A model generated the notes under the pieces. It was not told where the DNA came from. It saw nothing but the letters and a program-made list of their open reading frames with translations, and did not search any database. The translations under genes and the position numbers were made by a program. This document shows, piece after piece, positions 41,961 through 57,300 of a stretch of DNA of 64,000 nucleotides (position 1 is its first letter; each line of letters starts with the position of its first letter). Source of the DNA: Auanema rhodensis (Eukaryota; Animalia; Nematoda); assembly GCA_964057225.1 (NCBI GenBank), contig CAXKVF010000085.1, forward strand, positions 124,001-188,000, given 5' to 3'.

Positions 41961-44900
41961 TTTTCAAAAATAGATTCCCCATGTCCATATTAGTCTAAAA
42001 ACAAATTTTTATTGATATTGGTTCATGGTAACCATGACTTTGAAATTTACGTGAACTTTAATTTATGCTAATTAAATGTACACGTGATGTGCACTTGGTA
42101 TGTAACTCGCTTCACGTGAAAGATAAAGAGATGCGGTTTTCAAAAATAGATTCCCCATGTCCATATTAGTCTAAAAACAAATTTTTATTGATATTGGTTC
42201 ATGGTAACCATGACTTTGAAATTTACGTGAACTTTAATTTATGCTAATTAAATGTACACGTGATGTGCACTTGGTATGTAACTCGCTTCACGTGGAAGAT
42301 AAAGAGATGCGGTTTTCAAAATTAGATTCCCCATGTCCATATTAGTCTAAAAACAAATTTTTATTGATATTGGTTCATGGTAACCATGACTTTGAAATTT
42401 ACGTGAACTTTAATTTATGCTAATTAAATGTACACGTGATGTGCACTTGGTATGTAACTCGCTTCACGTGAAAGATAAAGAGATGCGGTTTTCAAAATTA
42501 GATTCCCCATGTCCATATTAGTCTAAAAACAAATTTTTATTGATATTGGTTCATGGTAACCATGACTTTGAAATTTACGTGAACTTTAATTTATGCTAAT
42601 TAAATGTACACGTGATGTGCACTTGGTATGTAACTCGCTTCACGTGGAAGATAAAGAGATGCGGTTTTCAAAATTAGATTCCCCATGTCCATATTAGTCT
42701 AAAAACAAATTTTTATTGATATTGGTTCATGGTAACCATGACTTTGAAATTTACGTGAACTTTAATTTATGCTAATTAAATGTACACGTGATGTGCACTT
42801 GGTATGTAACTCGCTTCACGTGGAAGATAAAGAGATGCGGTTTTCAAAATTAGATTCCCCATGTCCATATTAGTCTAAAAACAAATTTTTATTGATATTG
42901 GTGCATGGTAACCATGACTTTGAAATTTACGTGAACTTTAATTTATGCTAATTAAATGTACACGTGATGTGCACTTGGTATGTAACTCGCTTCACGTGAA
43001 AGATAAAGAGATGCGGTTTTTAAAATTAGATTCCCCATGTCCATATTAGTCTAAAAACAAATTTTTATTGATATTGGTGCATGGTAACCATGACTTTGAA
43101 ATTTACGTGAACTTTAATTTATGCTAATTAAATGTACACGTGATGTGCACTTGGTATGTAACTCGCTTCACGTGAAAGATAAAGAGATGCGGTTTTCAAC
43201 ATTAGATTCCCCATGTCCATATTAGTCTAAAAACAAATTTTTATTGATATTGGTGCATGGTAACCATGACGTTGAAATTTACGTGAACTTTAATTTATGC
43301 TAATTAAATGTACACGTGATGTGCACTTGGTATGTAACTCGCTTCACGTGGAAGATAAAGAGATGCGGTTTTCAAAATTAGATTCCCCATGTTCATATTA
43401 GTCTAAAAACAAATTTTTATTGATATTGGTTCATGGTAACCATGACTTTGAAATTTACGTGAACTTTAATTTATGCTAATTAAATGTACACGTGATGTGC
43501 ACTTGGTATGTAACTCGCTTCACGTGAAAGATAAAGAGATGCGGTTTTCAAAATTAGATTCCCCATGTCCATATTAGTCTAAAAACAAATTTTTATTGAT
43601 ATTGGTTCATGGTAACCATGACTTTGAAATTTACGTGAACTTTAATTTATGCTAATTAAATGTACACGTGATGTGCACTTGGTATGTAACTCGCTTCACG
43701 TGGAAGATAAAGAGATGCGGTTTTCAAAATTAGATTCCCCATGTCCATATTAGTCTAAAAACAAATTTTTATTGATATTGGTTCATGGTAACCATGACTT
43801 TGAAATTTACGTGAACTTTAATTTATGCTAATTAAATGTACACGTGATGTGCACTTGGTATGTAACTCGCTTCACGTGAAAGATAAAGAGAAGCGGTTTT
43901 CAAAATTTGATTCCCCATGTCCTTATTAGTCTAAAAACAAATTTTTATTGATATTGGTTCATGGTAACCATGACTTTGAAATTTACGTGAACTTTAATTT
44001 ATGCTAATTAAATGTACACGTGATGTGCACTTGGTATGTAACTCGCTTCACGTGAAAGATAAAGTGATGCGGTTTTCAAAATTAGATTCCCCATGTCCAT
44101 ATTAGTCTAAAAACAAATTTGTATTGATATTGGTTCATGGTAACCATGACGTTGAAATTTACGTGAACTTTAATTTATGCTAATTAAATGTACACGTGAT
44201 GTGCACTTGGTATGTAACTCGCTTCACGTGAAAGATAAAGTGATGCGGTTTTCAAAATTAGATTCCCCATGTCCATATTAGTCTAAAAACAAATTTTTAT
44301 TGATATTGGTTCATGGTAACCATGACTTTGAAATTTACGTGAACTTTAATTTATGCTAATTAAATGTACACGTGATGTGCACTTGGTATGTAACTCGCTT
44401 CACGTGAAAGATAAAGAGATGCGGTTTTCAAAATTTGATTCCCCATGTCCATATTAGTCTAAAAACAAATTTTTATTGATATTGGTTCATGGTAACCATG
44501 ACTTTGAAATTTACGTGAACTTTAATTTATGCTAATTAAATGTACACGTGATGTGCACTTGGTATGTAACTCGCTTCACGTGGAAGATAAAGAGATGCGG
44601 TTTTCAAAATTAGATTCCCCATGTCCATATTAGTCTAAAAACAAATTTTTATTGATATTGGTTCATGGTAACCATGACTTTGAAATTTACGTGAACTTTA
44701 ATTTATGCTAATTAAATGTACACGTGATGTGCACTTGGTATGTAACTCGCTTCACGTGAAAGATAAAGAGATGCGGTTTTTAAAATTAGATTCCCCATGT
44801 CCATATTAGTCTAAAAACAAATTTTTATTGATATTGGTTCATGGTAACCATGACTTTGAAATTTACGTGAACTTTAATTTATGCTAATTAAATGTACACG

Positions 44901-47900
44901 TGATGTGCACTTGGTATGTAACTCGCTTCACGTGAAAGATAAAGAGAAGCGGTTTTCAAAATTTGATTCCCCATGTCCATATTAGTCTAAAAACAAATTT
45001 TTATTGATATTGGTTCATGGTAACCATGACTTTGAAATTTACGTGAACTTTAATTTATGCTAATTAAATGTACACGTGATGTGCACTTGATATGTAACTC
45101 GCTTCACGTGAAAGATAAAGAGATGCGGTTTTCAACATTAGATTCCCCATGTCCATATTAGTCTAAAAACAAATTTGTATTGATATTGGTTCATGGTAAC
45201 CATGACGTTGAAATTTACGTGAACTTTAATTTATGCTAATTAAATGTACACGTGATGTGCACTTGGTATGTAACTCGCTTCACGTGAAAGATAAAGAGAA
45301 GCGGTTTTCAAAATTTGATTCCCCATGTCCATATTAGTCTAAAAACAAATTTTTATTGATATTGGTTCATGGTAACCATGACTTTGAAATTTACGTGAAC
45401 TTTAATTTATGCTAATTAAATGTACACGTGATGTGCACTTGGTATGTAACTCGCTTCACGTGAAAGATAAAGTGATGCGGTTTTCAAAATTAGATTCCCC
45501 ATGTCCATATTAGTCTAAAAACAAATTTGTATTGATATTGGTTCTAGGTAACCATGACGTTGAAATTTACGTGAACTTTAATTTATGCTAATTAAATGTA
45601 CACGTGATGTGCACTTGGTATGTAACTCGCTTCACGTGAAAGATAAAGAGATGCGGTTTTCAACATTAGATTCCCCATGTCCATATTAGTCTAAAAACAA
45701 ATTTTTATTGATATTGGTGCATGGTAACCATGACTTTGAAATTTACGTGAACTTTAATTTATGCTAATTAAATGTACACGTGATGTGCACTTGGTATGTA
45801 ACTCGCTTCACGTGAAAGATAAAGAGATGCGGTTTTCAACATTAGATTCCCCATGTCCATATTAGTCTAAAAACAAATTTTTATTGATATTGGTGCATGG
45901 TAACCATGACGTTGAAATTTACGTGAACTTTAATTTATGCTAATTAAATGTACACGTGATGTGCACTTGGTATGTAACTCGCTTCACGTGAAAGATAAAG
46001 AGATGCGGTTTTCAACATTAGATTCCCCATGTCCATATTAGTCTAAAAACAAATTTTTATTGATATTGGTTCATGGTAACCATGACTTTGAAATTTACGT
46101 GAACTTTAATTTATGCTAATTAAATGTACACGTGATGTGCACTTGGTATGTAACTCGCTTCACGTGAAAGATAAAGTGATGCGGTTTTCAAAATTAGATT
46201 CCCCATGTCCATATTAGTCTAAAAACAAATTTGTATTGATATTGGTTCTAGGTAACCATGACGTTGAAATTTACGTGAACTTTAATTTATGCTAATTAAA
46301 TGTACACGTGATGTGCACTTGGTATGTAACTCGCTTCACGTGAAAGATAAAGAGATGCGGTTTTCAACATTAGATTCCCCATGTCCATATTAGTCTAAAA
46401 ACAAATTTTTATTGATATTGGTGCATGGTAACCATGACGTTGAAATTTACGTGAACTTTAATTTATGCTAATTAAATGTACACGTGATGTGCACTTGGTA
46501 TGTAACTCGCTTCACGTGAAAGATAAAGAGATGCGGTTTTCAACATTAGATTCCCCATGTCCATATTAGTCTAAAAACAAATTTTTATTGATATTGGTTC
46601 ATGGTAACCATGACTTTGAAATTTACGTGAACTTTAATTTATGCTAATTAAATGTACACGTGATGTGCACTTGGTATGTAACTCGCTTCACGTGAAAGAT
46701 AAAGAGATGCGGTTTTCAAAATTTGATTCCCCATGTCCATATTAGTCTAAAAACAAATTTTTATTGATATTGGTTCATGGTAACCATGACTTTGAAATTT
46801 ACGTGAACTTTAATTTATGCTAATTAAATGTACACGTGATGTGCACTTGGTATGTAACTCGCTTCACGTGGAAGATAAAGAGATGCGGTTTTCAAAATTT
46901 GATTCCCCATGTCCATATTAGTCTAAAAACAAATTTTTATTGATATTGGTTCATGGTAACCATGACTTTGAAATTTACGTGAACTTTAATTTATGCTAAT
47001 TAAATGTACACGTGATGTGCACTTGGTATGTAACTCGCTTCACGTGGAAGATAAAGAGATGCGGTTTTCAAAATTTGATTCCCCATGTCCATATTAGTCT
47101 AAAAACAAATTTTTATTGATATTGGTTCATGGTAACCATGACTTTGAAATTTACGTGAACTTTAATTTATGCTAATTAAATGTACACGTGATGTGCACTT
47201 GGTATGTAACTCGCTTCACGTGAAAGATAAAGAGATGCGGTTTTCAAAATTTGATTCCCCATGTCCATATTAGTCTAAAAACAAATTTTTATTGATATTG
47301 GTTCATGGTAACCATGACTTTGAAATTTACGTGAACTTTAATTTATGCTAATTAAATGTACACGTGATGTGCACTTGGTATGTAACTCGCTTCACGTGGA
47401 AGATAAAGAGATGCGGTTTTCAAAATTAGATTCCACATGTCCATATTAGTCTAAAAACAAATTTTTATTGATATTGGTTCATGGTAACCATGACTTTGAA
47501 ATTTACGTGAACTTTAATTTATGCTAATTAAATGTACACGTGATGTTCACTTGGTATGTAACTCGCTTCACGTGGAAGATAAAGAGATGCGGTTTTCAAA
47601 ATTAGATTCCCCGTGTCCATATTAGTCTAAAAACAAATTTTTATTGATATTGGTGCATGGTAACCATGACTTTGAAATTTACGTGAACTTTAATTTATGC
47701 TAATTAAATGTACACGTGATGTGCACTTGGTATGTAACTCGCTTCACGTGAAAGATAAAGAGATGCGGTTTTCAAAATTAGATTCCCCATGTCCATATTA
47801 GTCTAAAAACATATTTTTATTGATATTGGTGCATGGTAACCATGACTTTGAAATTTACGTGAACTTTAATTTATGCTAATTAAATGTACACGTGATGTGC

Positions 47901-50900
47901 ACTTGGCATGTAACTCGCTTCACGTGAAAGATAAAGAGATGCGGTTTTCAAAATTAGATTCCCCATGTACATATTAGTCTAAAAACAAATTTTTATTGAT
48001 ATTGGTTCATGGTAACCATGACTTTGAAATTTACGTGAACTTTAATTTATGCTAATTAAATGTACACGTGATGTGCACTTGGTATGTAACTCGCTTCACG
48101 TGAAAGATAAAGAGATGCGGTTTTCAACATTAGATTCCCCATGTCCATATTAGTCTAAAAACAAATTTTTATTGATATTGGTTCATGGTAACCATGACTT
48201 TGAAATTTACGTGAACTTTAATTTATGCTAATTAAATGTACACGTGATGTGCACTTGGTATGTAACTCGCTTCACGTGAAAGATAAAGAGAAGCGGTTTT
48301 CAAAATTTGATTCCCCATGTCCATATTAGTCTAAAAACAAATTTTTATTGATATTGGTTCATGGTAACCATGACTTTGAAATTTACGTGAACTTTAATTT
48401 ATGCTAATTAAATGTACACGTGATGTGCACTTGGTATGTAACTCGCTTCACGTGAAAGATAAAGAGATGCGGTTTTCAACATTAGATTCCCCATGTCCAT
48501 ATTAGTCTAAAAACAAATTTTTATTGATATTGGTTCATGGTAACCATGACTTTGAAATTTACGTGAACTTTAATTTATGCTAATTAAATGTACACGTGAT
48601 GTGCACTTGGTATGTAACTCGCTTCACGTGAAAGATAAAGAGAAGCGGTTTTCAAAATTAGATTCCCCATGTCCATATTAGTCTAAAAACAAATTTTTAT
48701 TGATATTGGTTCATGGTAACCATGACTTTGAAATTTACGTGAACTTTAATTTATGCTAATTAAATGTACACGTGATGTGCACTTGGTATGTAACTCGCTT
48801 CACGTGAAAGATAAAGTGATGCGGTTTTCAAAATTAGATTCCCCATGTCCATATTAGTCTAAAAACAAATTTGTATTGATATTGGTTCATGGTAACCATG
48901 ACTTTGAAATTTACGTGAACTTTAATTTATGCTAATTAAATGTACACGTGATGTGCACTTGATATGTAACTCGCTTCACGTGAAAGATAAAGAGATGCGG
49001 TTTTCAACATTAGATTCCCCATGTCCATATTAGTCTAAAAACAAATTTTTATTGATATTGGTTCATGGTAACCATGACGTTGAAATTTACGTGAACTTTA
49101 ATTTATGCTAATTAAATGTACACGTGATGTGCACTTGGTATGTAACTCGCTTCACGTGAAAGATAAAGAGAAGCGGTTTTCAAAATTTGATTCCCCATGT
49201 CCATATTAGTCTAAAAACAAATTTTTATTGATATTGGTTCATGGTAACCATGACTTTGAAATTTACGTGAACTTTAATTTATGCTAATTAAATGTACACG
49301 TGATGTGCACTTGGTATGTAACTCGCTTCACGTGAAAGATAAAGTGATGCGGTTTTCAAAATTAGATTCCCCATGTCCATATTAGTCTAAAAACAAATTT
49401 GTATTGATATTGGTTCATGGTAACCATGACGTTGAAATTTACGTGAACTTTAATTTATGCTAATTAAATGTACACGTGATGTGCACTTGGTATGTAACTC
49501 GCTTCACGTGAAAGATAAAGAGATGCGGTTTTCAACATTAGATTCCCCATGTCCATATTAGTCTAAAAACAAATTTTTATTGATATTGGTGCATGGTAAC
49601 CATGACTTTGAAATTTACGTGAACTTTAATTTATGCTAATTAAATGTACACGTGATGTGCACTTGGTATGTAACTCGCTTCACGTGAAAGATAAAGAGAT
49701 GCGGTTTTCAACATTAGATTCCCCATGTCCATATTAGTCTAAAAACAAATTTTTATTGATATTGGTTCATGGTAACCATGACTTTGAAATTTACGTGAAC
49801 TTTAATTTATGCTAATTAAATGTACACGTGATGTGCACTTGGCATGTAACTCGCTTCACGTGAAAGATAAAGAGATGCGGTTTTCCAAATTAGATTCCCC
49901 ATGTACATATTAGTCTAAAAACAAATTTTTATTGATATTGGTTCATGGTAACCATGACGTTGAAATTTACGTGAACTTTAATTTATGCTAATTAAATGTA
50001 CACGTGATGTGCACTTGGTATGTAACTCGCTTCACGTGAAAGATAAAGAGATGCGGTTTTCAACATTAGATTCCCCATGTCCATATTAGTCTAAAAACAA
50101 ATTTTTATTGATATTGGTGCATGGTAACCATGACTTTGAAATTTACGTGAACTTTAATTTATGCTAATTAAATGTACACGTGATGTGCACTTGGTATGTA
50201 ACTCGCTTCACGTGGAAGATAAAGAGATGCGGTTTTCAAAATTTGATTCCCCATGTCCATATTAGTCTAAAAACAAATTTTTATTGATATTGGTTCATGG
50301 TAACCATGACTTTGAAATTTACGTGAACTTTAACTTATGCTAATTAAATGTACACGTGATGTGCACTTGGTATGTAACTCGCTTCACGTGAAAGATAAAG
50401 AGATGCGGTTTTCAAAATTTGATTCCCCATGTCCATATTAGTCTAAAAACAAATTTTTATTGATATTGGTTCATGGTAACCATGACTTTGAAATTTACGT
50501 GAACTTTAATTTATGCTAATTAAATGTACACGTGATGTGCACTTGGTATGTAACTCGCTTCACGTGGAAGATAAAGAGATGCGGTTTTCAAAATTAGATT
50601 CCCCATGTCCATATTAGTCTAAAAACAAATTTTTATTGATATTGGTTCATGGTAACCATGACTTTGAAATTTACGTGAACTTTAATTTATGCTAATTAAA
50701 TGTACACGTGATGTGCACTTGGTATGTAACTCGCTTCACGTGGAAGATAAAGAGATGCGGTTTTCAAAATTAGATTCCCCATGTCCATATTAGTCTAAAA
50801 ACAAATTTTTATTGATATTGGTGCATGGTAACCATGACTTTGAAATTTACGTGAACTTTAATTTATGCTAATTAAATGTACACGTGATGTGCACTTGGTA

Positions 50901-53900
50901 TGTAACTCGCTTCACGTGAAAGATAAAGAGATGCGGTTTTCAAAATTAGATTCCCCATGTCCATATTAGTCTAAAAACATATTTTTATTGATATTGGTTC
51001 ATGGTAACCATGACTTTGAAATTTACGTGAACTTTAATTTATGCTAATTAAATGTACACGTGATGTGCACTTGGTATGTAACTCGCTTCACGTGAAAGAT
51101 AAAGAGATGCGGTTTTCAAAATTAGATTCCCCATGTCCATATTAGTCTAAAAACAAATTTTTATTGATATTGGTGCATGGTAACCATGACTTTGAAATTT
51201 ACGTGAACTTTAATTTATGCTAATTAAATGTACACGTGATGTGCACTTGGTATGTAACTCGCTTCACGTGAAAGATAAAGAGATGCGGTTTTCAAAATTA
51301 GATTCCCCATGTCCATATTAGTCTAAAAACAAATTTTTATTGATATTGGTGCATGGTAACCATGACTTTGAAATTTACGTGAACTTTAATTTATGCTAAT
51401 TAAATGTACACGTGATGTGCACTTGGTATGTAACTCGCTTCACGTGAAATATAAAGAGATGCGGTTTTCAAAATTAGATTCCCCATGTCCATATTAGTCT
51501 AAAAACAAATTTTTATTGATATTGGTGCATGGTAACCATGACTTTGAAATTTACGTGAACTTTAATTTATGCTAATTAAATGTACACGTGATGTGCACTT
51601 GGTATGTAACTCGCTTCACGTGAAAGATAAAGTGATGCGGTTTTCAAAATTAGATTCCCCATGTCCATATTAGTCTAAAAACAAATTTTTATTGATATTG
51701 GTTCATGGTAACCATGACTTTGAAATTTACGTGAACTTTAATTTATGCTAATTAAATGTACACGTGATGTGCACTTGGTATGTAACTCGCTTCACGTGAA
51801 AGATAAAGTGATGCGGTTTTCAAAATTAGATTCCCCATGTCCATATTAGTCTAAAAACAAATTTTTATTGATATTGGTTCATGGTAACCATGACTTTGAA
51901 ATTTACGTGAACTTTAATTTATGCTAATTAAATGTACACGTGATGTGCACTTGGTATGTAACTCGCTTCACGTGAAAGATAAAGAGATGCGGTTTTCAAA
52001 ATTTGATTCCCCATGTCCATATTAGTCTAAAAACAAATTTTTATTGATATTGGTTCATGGTAACCATGACTTTGAAATTTACGTGAACTTTAATTTATGC
52101 TAATTAAATGTACACGTGATGTGCACTTGGTATGTAACTCGCTTCACGTGGAAGATAAAGAGATGCGGTTTTCAAAATTAGATTCCCCATGTCCATATTA
52201 GTCTAAAAACAAATTTTTATTGATATTGGTTCATGGTAACCATGACTTTGAAATTTACGTGAACTTTAATTTATGCTAATTAAATGTACACGTGATGTGC
52301 ACTTGGTATGTAACTCGCTTCACGTGAAAGATAAAGAGATGCGGTTTTCAAAATTAGATTCCCCATGTCCATATTAGTCTAAAAACAAATTTTTATTGAT
52401 ATTGGTGCATGGTAACCATGACTTTGAAATTTACGTGAACTTTAATTTATGCTAATTAAATGTACACGTGATGTGCACTTGGTATGTAACTCGCTTCACG
52501 TGGAAGATAAAGAGATGCGGTTTTCAAAATTAGATTCCCCATGTCCATATTAGTCTAAAAACAAATTTTTATTGATATTGGTGCATGGTAACCATGACTT
52601 TGAAATTTACGTGAACTTTAATTTATGCTAATTAAATGTACACGTGATGTGCACTTGGCATGTAACTCGCTTCACGTGAAAGATAAAGAGATGCGGTTTT
52701 CAAAATTAGATTCCCTATGTACATATTAGTCTAAAAACAAATTTTTATTGATATTGGTTCATGGTAACCATGACTTTGAAATTTACGTGAACTTTAATTT
52801 ATGCTAATTAAATGTACACGTGATGTGCACTTGGTATGTAACTCGCTTCACGTGGAAGATAAAGAGATGCGGTTTTCAAAATTAGATTCCCCATGTCCAT
52901 ATTAGTCTAAAAACAAATTTTTATTGATATTGGTGCATGGTAACCATGACTTTGAAATTTACGTGAACTTTAATTTATGCTAATTAAATGTACACGTGAT
53001 GTGCACTTGGTATGTAACTCGCTTCACGTGTAAGATAAAGTGATGCGGTTTTCAAAATTAGATTCCCCATGTCCATATTAGTATAAAAACAAATTTTTAT
53101 TGATATTGGTTCATGGTAACCATGACTTTGAAATTTACGTGAACTTTAATTTATGCTAATTAAATGTACACGTGATGTGCACTTGGTATGTAACTCGCTT
53201 CACGTGGAAGATAAAGAGATGCGGTTTTCAAAATTAGATTCCCCATGTCCATATTAGTCTAAAAACAAATTTTTATTGATATTGGTGCATGGTAACCATG
53301 ACTTTGAAATTTACGTGAACTTTAATTTATGCTAATTAAATGTACACGTGATGTGCACTTGGTATGTAACTCGCTTCACGTGAAAGATAAAGAGATGCGG
53401 TTTTCAAAATTAGATTCCCCATGTCCATATTAGTCTAAAAACAAATTTTTATTGATATTGGTTCATGGTAACCATGACTTTGAAATTTACGTGAACTTTA
53501 ATTTATGCTAATTAAATGTACACGTGATGTGCACTTGGTATGTAACTCGCTTCACGTGAAAGATAAAGAGATGCGGTTTTCAAAATTAGATTCCCCATGT
53601 CCATATTAGTCTAAAAACAAATTTTTATTGATATTGGTGCATGGTAACCATGACTTTGAAATTTACGTGAACTTTAATTTATGCTAATTAAATGTACACG
53701 TGATGTGCACTTGGTATGTAACTCGCTTCACGTGAAAGATAAAGAGATGCGGTTTTCAAAATTAGATTCCCCATGTCCATATTAGTCTAAAAACAAATTT
53801 TTATTGATATTGGTGCATGGTAACCATGACTTTGAAATTTACGTGAACTTTAATTTATGCTAATTAAATGTACACGTGATGTGCACTTGGTATGTAACTC

Positions 53901-54381
53901 GCTTCACGTGAAAGATAAAGAGATGCGGTTTTCAAAATTAGATTCCCCATGTCCATATTAGTCTAAAAACAAATTTTTATTGATATTGGTTCATGGTAAC
54001 CATGACTTTGAAATTTACGTGAACTTTAATTTATGCTAATTAAATGTACACGTGATGTGCACTTGGTATGTAACTCGCTTCACGTGAAAGATAAAGAGAT
54101 GCGGTTTTCAAAATTAGATTCCCCATGTCCATATTAGTCTAAAAACAAATTTTTATTGATATTGGTTCATGGTAACCATGACTTTGAAATTTACGTGAAC
54201 TTTAATTTATGCTAATTAAATGTACACGTGATGTGCACTTGGTATGTAACTCGCTTCACGTGAAAGATAAAGAGATGCGGTCTTCAAAATTAGATTCCCC
54301 ATGTCCATATTAGTCTAAAAACAAATTTTTATTGATATTGGTGCATGGTAACCATGACTTTGAAATTTACGTGAACTTTAA

Positions 54382-57300
54382 TTTATGCTAATTAAATGTA
54401 CACGTGATGTGCACTTGATATGTAACTCGCTTCACGTGAAAGATAAAGAGATGCGGTTTTCAAAATTAGATTCCCCATGTCCATATTAGTCTAAAAACAA
54501 ATTTTTATTGATATTGGTGCATGGTAACCATGACTTTGAAATTTACGTGAACTTTAATTTATGCTAATTAAATGTACACGTGATGTGCACTTGGTATGTA
54601 ACTCGCTTCACGTGAAAGATAAAGAGATGCGGTTTTCAAAATTAGATTCCCCATGTCCATATTAGTCTAAAAACAGATTTTTATTGATATTGGTGCATGG
54701 TAACCATGACTTTGAAATTTACGTGAACTTTAATTTATGCTAATTAAATGTACACGTGATGTGCACTTGGCATGTAACTCGCTTCACGTGAAAGATAAAG
54801 AGATGCGGTTTTCAAAATTAGATTCCCCATGTACATATTAGTCTAAAAACAAATTTTTATTGATATTGGTTCATGGTAACCATGACTTTGAAATTTACGT
54901 GAACTTTAATTTATGCTAATTAAATGTACACGTGATGTGCACTTGGTGTGTAACTCGCTTCACGTGAAAGATAAAGAGATGCGGTTTTCAACATTAGATT
55001 CCTCATGTCCATATTAGTCTAAAAACAAATTTTTATTGATATTGGTGCATGGTAACCATGACTTTGAAATTTACGTGAACTTTAATTTATGCTAATTAAA
55101 TGTACACGTGATGTGCACTTGGTATGTAACTCGCTTCACGTGAAAGATAAAGAGATGCGGTTTTCAACATTAGATTCCTCATGTCCATATTAGTCTAAAA
55201 ACAAATTTTTATTGATATTGGTACATGGTAACCATGACTTTGAAATTTACGTGAACTTTAATTTATGCTAATTAAATGTACACGTGATGTGCACTTGGCA
55301 TGTAACTCGCTTCACGTGAAAGATAAAGAGATGCGGTTTTCAAAATTAGATTCCCTATGTACATATTAGTCTAAAAACAAATTTTTATTGATATTGGTTC
55401 ATGGTAACCATGACTTTGAAATTTACGTGAACTTTAATTTATGCTAATTAAATGTACACGTGATGTGCACTTGGTATGTAACTCGCTTCACGTGGAAGAT
55501 AAAGAGATGCGGTTTTCAAAATTAGATTCCCCATGTCCATATTAGTCTAAAAACAAATTTTTATTGATATTGGTGCATGGTAACCATGACTTTGAAATTT
55601 ACGTGAACTTTAATTTATGCTAATTAAATGTACACGTGATGTGCACTTGGTATGTAACTCGCTTCACGTGAAAGATAAAGTGATGCGGTTTTCAAAATTA
55701 GATTCCCCGTGTCCATATTAGTCTAAAAACAAATTTTTATTGATATTGGTTCATGGTAACCATGACTTTGAAATTTACGTGAACTTTAATTTATGCTAAT
55801 TAAATGTACACGTGATGTGCACTTGGTATGTAACTCGCTTCACGTGAAAGATAAAGAGATGCGGTTTTCAAAATTAGATTCCCCATGTCCATATTAGTCT
55901 AAAAACAAATTTTTATTGATATTGGTTCATGGTAACCATGACTTTGAAGTTTACGTGAACTTTAATTTATGCTAATTAAATGTACACGTGATGTGCACTT
56001 GGTATGTAACTCGCTTCACGTGAAAGATAAAGAGATGCGGTTTTCAAAATTAGATTCCCCATGTCCATATTAGTCTAAAAACAAATTTTTATTGATATTG
56101 GTGCATGGTAACCATGACTTTGAAATTTACGTGAACTTTAATTTATGCTAATTAAATGTACACGTGATGTGCACTTGATATGTAACTCGCTTCACGTGAA
56201 AGATAAAGAGATGCGGTTTTCAAAATTAGATTCCCCATGTCCATATTAGTCTAAAAACAAATTTTTATTGATATTGGTGCATGGTAACCATGACTTTGAA
56301 ATTTACGTGAACTTTAATTTATGCTAATTAAATGTACACGTGATGTGCACTTGGTATGTAACTCGCTTCACGTGAAAGATAAAGAGATGCGGTTTTCAAA
56401 ATTAGATTCCCCGTGTCCATATTAGTCTAAAAACAAATTTTTATTGATATTGGTTCATGGTAACCATGACTTTGAAATTTACGTGAACTTTAATTTATGC
56501 TAATTAAATGTACACGTGATGTGCACTTGATATGTAACTCGCTTCACGTGAAAGATAAAGAGATGCGGTTTTCAAAATTAGATTCCCCATGTCCATATTA
56601 GTCTAAAAACAAATTTTTATTGATATTGGTGCATGGTAACCATGACTTTGAAATTTACGTGAACTTTAATTTATGCTAATTAAATGTACACGTGATGTGC
56701 ACTTGGTATGTAACTCGCTTCACGTGAAAGATAAAGTGATGCGGTTTTCAAAATTAGATTCCCCGTGTCCATATTAGTCTAAAAACAAATTTTTATTGAT
56801 ATTGGTTCATGGTAACCATGACTTTGAAATTTACGTGAACTTTAATTTATGCTAATTAAATGTACACGTGATGTGCACTTGGTATGTAACTCGCTTCACG
56901 TGAAAGATAAAGAGATGCGGTTTTCAAAATTAGATTCCCCATGTCCATATTAGTCTAAAAACAAATTTTTATTGATATTGGTTCATGGTAACCATGACTT
57001 TGAAATTTACGTGAACTTTAATTTATGCTAATTAAATGTACACGTGATGTGCACTTGGTATGTAACTCGCTTCACGTGAAAGATAAAGAGATGCGGTTTT
57101 CAAAATTAGATTCCCCATGTCCATATTAGTCTAAAAACAAATTTTTATTGATATTGGTGCATGGTAACCATGACTTTGAAATTTACGTGAACTTTAATTT
57201 ATGCTAATTAAATGTACACGTGATGTGCACTTGATATGTAACTCGCTTCACGTGAAAGATAAAGAGATGCGGTTTTCAAAATTAGATTCCCCATGTCCAT

